Position numbers and translations under genes: made by a program
The notes under the pieces: model-generated
Seen by the model: only the letters and a program-made list of their open reading frames with translations
Databases searched by the model: none
What the model was told of the DNA's origin: nothing
Shown: positions 54,701-64,000 of the stretch, in pieces
Layout: the number at the start of each line of letters is the position of its first letter
Position numbering within the stretch: the first letter of the stretch is position 1
Assembly (NCBI GenBank): GCA_010093705.1
Contig: MU006090.1
Span: 496,001 to 560,000, forward strand
DNA: 64,000 nt
Reading direction: 5' to 3'
Source of the DNA: Patellaria atrata CBS 101060
Taxonomy: Eukaryota

Positions 54701-56163
54701 GGTTGTGGTTCCTCTACCCAATCCGCGGGGGTTGGCGGGATTGGACCTAAGGTGCTTGCTTGCAGTGGCCTTCTAGGAGCAGGAGCGGCGATATGGCCCG
54801 ATGACGCGGATGAACGATCCGATGTTCGACTAAGGCTTTGAGACCTGGAACTGCTGGGAGGAGGGCCTGGGGGTGGAGGTGGAAGCGGCATTCCTGGTTC
54901 CCACCCTGCAAGTCTAGAAGGAGATTGACTTTCTGCTCGTGACCTTGCTGGTGAACCTGTGAGACCTATTCCTCCTGTCGATGCAGCCCTTCGAGCAGCT
55001 GGTGGTCTAGGTTGCGAATCCGGTGTCCATTGCGGTTCGCGTTGAGATGGTACAGCACTAATGTACGACCTAAATCTGGATATAAGTATGGGAATATGAG
55101 GTAAGCAGAGTAATCACGTACGGTGGTGGTCCCGACGGGCCAGAAGTGACCTGTACTGGTGCTCTTGACAGTGCATCTGTGGTGTGTTGTCGCAACGTAT
55201 CTATAGCACTTGGGGCAGGAGAAGGATCTGCGCCTCTGTTTCTAGAAGTTAAAGCTGATAGGCTGAATAATGACCGCTGTCCCTCTGGTCGAGATCTTGA
55301 CACTGATCTATCTCGTCCAGATCTTGGAGGGGGTGGAGGGAATGACGGTGCAGCTACAGGGTTTGGTGAAGTACTGGGTCCAGCGGGTTGTACTCTGCTA
55401 TAGTCAAAGGCAGAGGAGCCAGGAGACGTAATGCGACCACCGCTAAGCGGACCAGCATAGTCTGGTGATAGCGCACTTGGAGAAGCCGTATGATTGTTCG
55501 CGAAAGAGCCAGTTTGGATATGAGGTGAAGATTGCAAAGCTTGTGACATACTCTGCTGGTGTGGAGGAGGGGAGTAAGGCGGCGGTGGAGAAGGCAGCGC
55601 AGCTAGAGTTTTGGAAATTAATAACGATTTCTCTTCGATATTATATCAATGTGGAGAGATAGAAAACATAATCAAAAGCACGGTTCCTTTCATAGAACAA
55701 TACACAAAGCATTCGATAGTGATAGAGCAAAAATGACGCGACGAGACATGAATGGTTGATGGAAATCGTCATTACCTTCCATGCCCGTTATCTCTCTTGC
55801 TCTTTGAGGAGCACTCGCTACATGATGTGGCATGTATGAACCCCCGATAGGTCCATTGCGACCCCATTCTTGCGGGTTGTAGGCTGTCACCATTGTCGAT
55901 GGAGTCCGAATTTCCAAAGGAGAGGAGCCTATTGAGGTCGGACGTGAGCCAACAGATGAAGGGGCATATGGGGTGAATGGAGTGCTTAAGGTAGTAGTTG
56001 ATAGTGGAGTATGAGTCTGCAACCACGAGCCTTGGGGAGGAGGAGCCAATGCGGTAGTGATTAAAGGAGGGCGCACAGGAAACACACGCCGTTGAGGAGA
56101 AGTTTGGGCAGATGCTGGCGGAGGGGGAGGCGGAAGGGGAGCGAAGCCATATTCAGCAGCCAT
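51727..56163 (-). CDS. Large uncharacterised protein, Pro-rich N-half and helical C-terminal domain, ~1403 aa; exons 56163-55776, 55602-55122, 55069-51727
   Basis: Three ORFs join in frame through two GT-AG introns; PPPY motifs (SPPPPYSP, LPPPYPR) and a coiled/helical C-terminal ~420 aa. Confidence 0.85.
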
Positions 56164-57415
56164 TTGTGATATCGCGAGTGGAAAAGCTTAACTTCCGGAG
56201 CCTTCAGCGGCTGCTGTAGCGAATCCAGAAAAGTGGAAACATCAATTGAAAGAGGCGACGTGCAGATCAAGCCGTGTCAATGAGTCAAATCATGCCGTTT
56301 GAGACACAACCAGCACGCAACGATGGAGAAAGTTTAGTTCTAACCCTGTCGTGTTGGTGTGCGCCGCCGAAAGTTGCTTTGACTCCTTCGAGACGGTCTG
56401 GGGAACGGTCAGCCCAAAAAACAAACTATGAAGTTAGTCACTCCCTCGCATGGGAGCTTTTGGTAGAGAATGTTGGATGGATGGTCGACGATTCGTTACA
56501 CGCTGAGAAATCTCGTGGGAGGAGTTCGAGTGCTTGGCTGGTGTTTCTATTCTCTCGTACAGTCTAGTACGAAATAGGGGTAAGCGCAAGATTCACACTG
56601 CATAAGACCGTGCTCAGGAGCAAGGTGTTGGTGGATCAAGGAGCGAGATATGGCGAATGAGCATCCTCAAAGGCGACCTGTCCACACCACAGGCACCTCG
56701 CCGGCTTGAGGGATCTGCTTGGATTTCTGTCTGCAAAAGCGACGCTTGCAGCAAGCGTGCACTCTGTGCCAGAACCAGGCACCCACATTTCCATGGGCGC
56801 TTAAATGTGTGATCGCCTAAGAATTGAGCCTCTGATTTTACTCAGTGGGGTACTTTTCTCCTGGTCGCCTCAGACGTTACTCTATCTGGCCTCTATCCGG
56901 ACCCAAAGTGTTCAAGATAAATTGGTAACCCTTGATAACCTCGGTATGGTATCACGGGTGAGATGATAATATCTTATTCGCCCCTTTGTATTACCTGCTT
57001 GTAGTACTGTAGTCTGGACGCAGGTGAGTACTGTACAAGAACATAAAGGCATATGCAGTCTGTTCGGAAAAGAGCTTGGCTGAGACTCAAGTATATATAT
57101 AGCAAATATCCGCTATCAACTAGGGGTGAGCCCTAGCGTGGTCTGATTCCACACACTAGAACAATGAAGCACGTGTGAGGATGTATAACCCCAGTGGCAT
57201 ACCAACCGTAGACGTGTATACAGTTGATTAAAATGTATCCGGGTCATGCGGTACGAGTTAATCTGAAAACCATATGCTACACCGCTGCCGAGATGTCGAT
57301 ATAGAACGCCAAAAGCTTAGTACAACTGTTTATAAGTCATATTCTTTGCAGCTCAGAAGTGTACTGTACAAGGAGAAAATACTTCCTATTCAAGGACTAC
57401 TATCAGCTAAGTGAT

Positions 57416-58649
57416 TTACTTGTTCTTATACTTATCGTGCATATCGATCACTTTCTGAACCTCATCAAAGCTACCCATGAATATGCCGGAACGGTCATGG
57501 ATATGCTCCGGTACAACCTCGAGCATGCGTCCCATCTTACTATCAACAGCTTGGCCACCAGCTATAGATATATAATTAGCTGCTGCTACATGTTTGGGGG
57601 AGTTGGGATATCTAACCATTCTCGAATACCATGGCCATTGGTGCGCATTCGTACAAAATCCGAAGCTTCCCCTTCGGACTCTTCTTGTCTGCTGGATACG
57701 CAAAAATACCACCATACAGAAGTGTCCTGTAAGCGTCTGCAACCATGGATCCGACATATCGAGCGCTGTACGGTTTTCCACCCTCACCTGGGTATTTCAA
57801 GCTGTTGATATATTCCTTGACTGGCTCCTCCCAATACAGGCTGTTGCCCTCGTTCACGGAGTAAATCGCCCTTTTCTTAGGGACCCGCATGTTGGGATGA
57901 GTGAGAATGAATTCACCCAGGGCATTATCCAATGTGAAGCCGTTCACACTACCGCCCTTCATGGTTATAACTAGCTGTGCTGAAGCACCATACATGGTAA
58001 ACCCACTAGCAATGAGGTCTATTCCTGGTTTCAGCAGATCCTCCGTGGAGCCTTTGGCGTCTGCTGCCAACTTAAATATGCCAAAGATGGTTCCGACAGA
58101 TACACCTGCATCTAAATTTGAGGAGCCGTCGATAGGATCGCACATAACAACATAACGCGCCTCCGGGTATTGATCGAACGATATGATGTTCTCCTCCTCT
58201 TCTGAGACTACGAGTCTCACACGGGCGCAGCTCTTCATCGCACTGATGAACACATCGTTGCCAATCACATCCAGCTTCTTTTGGTCATCACCGGTAGTGT
58301 TCGAGGAGCCAGCAAGGCCAGTAAGCTAATACACGGTCTTCGGGTCAGCTTCTCTCCTTAACCACACATTTCCATTTACTTACGTTGATAAGCGTAGCTC
58401 GTCTGATATAGTATGCAATACTCTTGAACGCGAATTGTAGCGCGTGGCATAAGAGACTGGTACAATTGTATCAGTACAAAGAGTATCTCCCTCGTCGATG
58501 TAGGTAGAAGCTCACGTAAAGTCTCCCGTTGCCTCTCTGTGCTTCGTCTGCTCCTCAGTCAAGAACCTCGTCAGTGTGATAATCTCTGTGTTTATATTCT
58601 CCGTTCCTACGCCCACGCCGCTGCCGTTGCCGTTTGGTTGAGTTGCCAT
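57416..58649 (-). CDS. FBP1: Fructose-1,6-bisphosphatase, ~353 aa; exons 58649-58516, 58456-58384, 58325-57617, 57561-57416
   Basis: IITLTRFL, NTTGDDQKKLDVIGN, VSEEE, DPIDGSSN, RYVGSMVAD, GKLRILYECAPMA. Confidence 0.97.
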
Positions 58650-58779
58650 TTTGAACGCTTGTTTGATTTTAGACGAAGTAGTAGTAAAGGATTGTTCAGG
58701 CTATCAGTCAGTGAAGAAATGAGTGTCGAGAAGTAAAGCAGGGTTACAATTGAGAGGATGAGCGATTAAAGTCGGGCTT

Positions 58780-59101
58780 GCGGAGCTCTGTCGGGAGTTA
58801 CTATGATACTCTGATTGGAATGCCCCTCGGCAAGAAGAATCGACGTCAGCTACCAAGAGCAGGTGATGGACAGGGTCTTGTGATGAGGGGAAGAGAGGTT
58901 AAGGTATCGATGACAGTCTGGAGGACCGCCAAAGCGGAAGACTGCTTCATTTTGTACGGAAGCACATGCGTTCATATCTCGGCCTTTCTGCCGTAAGATG
59001 GAGATTTTGGACGATAGATGTTTTCCGGTCAATATCAAGAGCGAGGTCCTCGCTCATGCGGGGCGATAGTAGGACTGACCAATGATGTCCGATTTGTTCC
59101 G
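58780..59101. promoter_or_regulatory. FBP1 promoter motifs: CCG-N7-CCG, CCAAT and CreA-type SYGGRG
   Basis: CCGATTTGTTCCG at 59089-59101, CCAAT at 59079, GCGGGG at 59058, GCGGAG at 58780, CTGGAG at ~58918. Confidence 0.6.
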
Positions 59102-62100
59102 TCTGCATTGTCCTAAGTCGGGGACATTAGGAGCAATTCGAACCAATTTCAAAGATGTTGTAAGACTACAATCATAGTGAAAGTAGGAGAACTCGGACTT
59201 CATGATAAAATGAATGCAGTTGGTGGTCCGCAAGGCATGAGATACGGCGGAAGGATTACCCAGATCTTGCTGGTATCAACAGGGGTTGCCTCGCCAAGGC
59301 TTATGTTATGTAACCCACGATTTTCATGTTCAACCTTAAAGCTTAAGAAAAAGTTTTGCTTCAGGACGCATTCAACAGTTGATGCCGTACAATGGCAGCT
59401 TTCTCATAGCTATATATACCAAAACATCTCTGGACTATTCTATTACTGGTATGTATGAATACAATATTTTTTTCCCGATTCCCTGATGATCCGCAAACCG
59501 CAATAAAACTAGAGTCTTTGACCTCTACGGAGGAATGAAACTTGAATTTGCTAGCACGTCAGTCTGATTTAAGTCTTCATTGAAGCTTCAATTTTCAATC
59601 TCCTTTTAGGTATACCAATGCTAACGAGCAGTAGGACTCCTCCATCATGATGCCGTCCGTCGACCGATCATCCGTCTCGCATTTCCGGATATATTGTACG
59701 TTCCATCTTCCCCTTCATCCCTACGTCTCATTATATCCTATGATGATCTTTCGTACTATGTACGCTGGAAATTACCGACTGAGACCTTCTGGTCTTTGGC
59801 GACAAAAATTGGCTGTTGACTGAGCTTGGATATGAATTACTTTCTTTGAGTTCATACTATCTGTTATCTTCAGAGACTGACTACCAGAAAGTCTATCGCA
59901 GGTTAAATATGACCTCTCATTCTCATGGTATGGAGATCCTTTCTGCTTCCTGCTGGCAGTATGATGAATGGCACTGGGCTCCGACAAATTTCATGAAATG
60001 GATATGCCCTATTGCGGCAGGCCTAGAAAACCTCGCCCACTGACTTGCTGCTATCTTTACAATTCTTCTTGTGGGGGATTGTCACAAACTTGAACTAACT
60101 CTATAGCAAGAGTGGGGTCTGTATGCTTGAACATGACCCTATACCCCCCGTCATCTGAACTGTAAGTCACATCACTTTCGTCTTTGCTTATTTCTACCTC
60201 TATGATGAACACCTTAGATGACGAGTCTTATCCGGGTAACCGATGCAGACAAACTTTAACAATTCCATTCATGCATTTCTGAACTATTATCTATCGATCA
60301 CTTGTTGTAAGTCTATTTAGTTATGCACAACTAACAAGCAACAGAGATCCCACCTAGATACTCATTAGCTCGACGGAGCTAGGCGCAAAATGTGACACCG
60401 GTTAATGGTTAAGGTATGATCGATAAAATCTCTACTTCATATCAAAGCATCGTATGATGATGATTCGACGTATACAAATGACAAGCATATGTCCAAGCAG
60501 CCCTTGACCGGCCGCGACGACGAGACTGTCCGGACTGATCTCGGCAATGGAAGAAATGGTACCTGAAGATATTTTTCGAATAAGGGCTGACGGTTGAATA
60601 TAGGTAGACTACATAAACATGTATACTAATTATGACCGCATCTGGATTTTATATTCACATACGGTACGTTCAATTCCATTTTACATATCAATGCCCAACT
60701 TGGATTTGAAATGAGGATTTATTCCATATCACGACGGTCAACATAGCTACAAATTAGCGGTGATGCAAACGCCCATGAACGGGCAGAACTGATCAAATCA
60801 TAATATCCATCTCAGTTTCACCTCTAGAGTTGGACCTTGCTAATATCTAGAACCACTATAGGACGTAGCATCTTCTGTTCGAGATCCCCATATTATGTTT
60901 GGTTGTAAAGTACAGCAATAGTAGGTTCGGCAAGTACAGGATATCTCTAGAACTTAGGGATGATGGTAAGTATATGATCGACATCTGTCTGTTACTAGTA
61001 CGGAATCTTTGTATGTAGTACTATAAAATCCATGCTTGAAGATTGTTCTTCATCTCAACTGACTTCAAGTTCGAACATTGTAGCTTCTATTCAACCTGTC
61101 ATCTAAAGACTCAAAATAGCATACGTATCGAAGCTTACTCTCACAATCTCAACACAGCTCCCAGGTGTAACAAGCTGTTTTTCACTAACCAACAACTCAA
61201 ATCGCGTTGCATGACTCTCCGTGCTCTCCTGGAAGAAAATGATTTTCATCAGAGTCACGGATTCTCAATCACGAGCCATGAATGTGCTGAGCATCAGTCG
61301 ATAACTTTATCACTGTGATACTTTGAAGATTCGGGGTGATGAGGTTGATGATTGGGCGTTCCCTTTATCGACGGCGTGAGCGCCTACAGATAAGGCGGTC
61401 AATTGCGGTCAAGGGGCCCGATTCCTTTGGCATTTCGTTTGGTCGATCAGCCGGTTTTCGCAATGCGAAGGCCCGCCCCGAGGATAAAAGTGCACGTTCT
61501 GCTTAGGGGGGTCCTTACGTCCGATTTACATCTTTAGGGGTTTGGTGGGTTGAGTTTCTCCTGTTGATTACGTGCTAAGATTATATCGTTCGCAGGAGAA
61601 AGGAAGAAACTTTATGCTCTTTGCGTTCAACAGACCAATAAACGATATTTTCATCCTTCTTGTTTAATGCATTTCTTTGCATGAACTCTGCTTGACTGCA
61701 AGCCGTCTGCCCGTCTTCCTGCACTCTGCTATTCCAGGAACAGTCTAAGCCAGTCTGAACCTGACGAATACGATGAACACAGGAAGAAACAAAGTACAGA
61801 TACAGTACACCAATCATCCTCCTCAGGGTAAGAAACTGGGCGGCTGCAGGGTGTACCGGTATGCACGGTAATGCACGGTTCCATGTATATTTCACGCTAT
61901 CACTCCAATCACATCTCATTATCAACTTATTTCGACTTTTTCTCATCCTCCCACTTACCAGACCGACCTCCAAGACTCGAATTATTGGCTTGAATTTCAA
62001 TTCAGTCGCCCCTCAATCATGGTTTCCAAATCGAGACCGCTGCTGGGCTCTCACATATTAGCCAGCATACCACCCGGATCAACTTCCATAGTGTCCTTGC

Positions 62101-62204
62101 TGCAACGTTCCGTACAACCCTGAGTTTCGTTGTTCCAAACGTCGCAGCAGCCGTCGCAGACACAAATTCAGGTCCATCTGCTCTCTAGTTGTTGCCTGAC
62201 AAAC

Positions 62205-63857
62205 ATGTGTAGGAGTATCTCCTCCTCGACCATTCTCACCATCTTCGGCGCACTCGTTGCCTCAGTAGCCGCTATCCCCCCCGATTACTGGGACGTCGAT
62301 CTCAGTCTCCCCTACGCACCAGCACCGGCACCAGAAGACGGCGTTCCCGGAGCCCGCAACGCATTGAGAAACAAAGCTCTCCTTCCTGCTGAGATTTGCG
62401 GCATCGTAGGCGCTTACTTCGTCACTGTCATCTTCGCCGGAACCTGCTTGCTCACATACGGGAGAAGGCGGAGGAGAGCTGCTCAGGCATCTCAAGGGAC
62501 GCTGGAGGTCGAGATGGTGAAACCAGCGAACAAGCAGTTGGCCATTGACCCGTCGCCAATCTCTCCAGGCGCCCGGTCATGGTTATCGATGTCGAGTCCG
62601 AGTAGACTCAAGCACGCATTTAAGAAGAGCACCGCGAGCGTCAATACTGTACAAGATATCAGCAATCCCGTCAGCCCTGCAATTGCCAGTGTTGCTTCTT
62701 TCGATAATACTGTACTACAATCCGACAGAGAATCCAGACAGAAAGAGATGGAACGACTTTACGCAGCGGTCATGGAGCATGACCGTAAGAATTCCAAAGT
62801 CGTTTTCGAAGCCGATGAAGTAAACCAGATCTACCCAGCGAGCGCCAGGTCACCTGTTGCGTCAATCAGCAGCCCACAGAAGAGGCACGCCCTTACTATC
62901 AACACCGACACCGCCTCTCAAAGACACCCTAGCCACCCCGCAAGCCCTCTAAGTGCGCGCAGCGATATCCGCGCAATCTACCCCCCAGACAGCCCCATGG
63001 CAGCCCGCCATCACCCTCCCGCATACGCAAAGAGCCCACTCTCCCCACGTTTCCCAGATTCCCAACGCCAACATCAATCCCGGGAGTACGCCCCCGAGCG
63101 TGCTCCCGCTTCTCCGCGCAGCATGTTCACCCACAAATCCCGCACTTCATCCATCGCCTCCGGCGCTTCTGGCAAATCGAAACGCAGTGCCCTTCGCAAT
63201 TTACGAATCTCTGCACCTATGCAACGCTATCCAGGTCAAGACGAAGACGATGATGCACGCACACCGCTCTCCCCACGATTTGACCCAGGCCCACCTCCTC
63301 CGCCACCGAATGAGGAGCCAACTTCTCCCCATAGTCCAGATACGCCTGGCTTAGATCGACCGGATGGTCACAGACAGAACTATGAGTACGACTACGAGGG
63401 TCTAGACAGACCCGCACCGTTACCCAGACCAGCACCCCAGCGCGGAGCCTCGTATGAGAGACTTAGGGCCGGGAGCTCCCAAACACCCATCTCCGCAGCC
63501 TCCACCCTCGTCAATCCAACCCACACCCTCCCCTCCTCATCAACGACCTCTCTCCAACCCCCGAGCAGTTCCCTGCCCTTCCGTCAATATCAAACTCCCT
63601 TATCTCCAACTACCCAGACACCAACGACCAAGACGACGTATCTGGAGCGAAAGAAGGAGGATTTGAGGGGTCTTAGGACGCCGATGACGGGAGTTCCCCA
63701 GACCCCGTATAGTGCATATATGCCGTTTACACCGGTTACACCAGTTACACCGCATTTGGTCAGTAGGGAGGAGAGGAAACTAAAGAAGAAGGAGGCCGGG
63801 AGAAGGGTTATGGTGCAGGAGGATTTAGTCGAGGACGCGAAGGAGATGTGGGAATAG
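62205..63857 (+). CDS. Type I membrane protein of unknown function, 550 aa
   Basis: Signal-peptide-like MCRSISSSTILTIFGALVASVAA, ~40-aa ectodomain, TM (ICGIVGAYFVTVIFAGTCLLTY), RRRRR stop-transfer, long SP/TP-rich tail. First ATG is 62205; the track start 62130 is a TTG. Confidence 0.85.
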   Translation: MCRSISSSTILTIFGALVASVAAIPPDYWDVDLSLPYAPAPAPEDGVPGARNALRNKALLPAEICGIVGAYFVTVIFAGTCLLTYGRRRRRAAQASQGTLEVEMVKPANKQLAIDPSPISPGARSWLSMSSPSRLKHAFKKSTASVNTVQDISNPVSPAIASVASFDNTVLQSDRESRQKEMERLYAAVMEHDRKNSKVVFEADEVNQIYPASARSPVASISSPQKRHALTINTDTASQRHPSHPASPLSARSDIRAIYPPDSPMAARHHPPAYAKSPLSPRFPDSQRQHQSREYAPERAPASPRSMFTHKSRTSSIASGASGKSKRSALRNLRISAPMQRYPGQDEDDDARTPLSPRFDPGPPPPPPNEEPTSPHSPDTPGLDRPDGHRQNYEYDYEGLDRPAPLPRPAPQRGASYERLRAGSSQTPISAASTLVNPTHTLPSSSTTSLQPPSSSLPFRQYQTPLSPTTQTPTTKTTYLERKKEDLRGLRTPMTGVPQTPYSAYMPFTPVTPVTPHLVSREERKLKKKEAGRRVMVQEDLVEDAKEMWE

Positions 63858-64000
63858 GGGTCTAGTGGTGGGTAAGTTGAGGGTGATTTGGGTGGGACTG
63901 TATATGTGATTCTAGTATATGATACTTTCCCCTTATTCTTATAAGGGATAGGACAGAGTTCTGCTGTTTGAAGCTAGAGAACTATGTTTATAGCAGGGGA

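Noticed and set aside
59620..60043. Possible kinase-like remnant (WICPIAAGLENLAH) after a GCTAAC..CAG
   Set aside because: No HRD/DFG motifs and interrupted frames; similarity too short to support.

Overview
Gene-dense euchromatic region from a filamentous ascomycete (Pezizomycotina), judged from short GT-AG introns with CTAAC/CTGAC branch points and fungal housekeeping orthologues; the species cannot be fixed from sequence alone. Recognisable genes, with splice frames checked by hand: HUL5/UBE3C-like IQ-HECT ligase, ERG27, a 10-exon intact HOP1, CDC4, RNA Pol III largest subunit (RPO31/RPC1), PAB1 and FBP1. There are also a CM1-motif coiled-coil protein, an FHA/tail-anchor protein, a 4-TM protein and several uncharacterised proteins; two genes are poorly or not at all represented in the ORF track. 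Most notable unexplained signals: (i) a ~1.1-1.6 kb non-coding, helix-dense segment (~2.9-4.1 kb) with a 1.5-repeat telomeric template-like 9-mer directly 3' of a stem, a candidate telomerase RNA or other large structured ncRNA (strand unresolved, unproven); (ii) a recurrent C-rich to G-rich skew switch near gene 3' ends that ignores gene orientation; (iii) a tRNA-like Pol III-box element at 11.6 kb; (iv) a disabled gene at 5.3-6.0 kb; (v) interpretable cis-regulatory motifs at FBP1, HUL5 and PAB1. No CRISPR array, rRNA, intact tRNA or intact transposon was seen.
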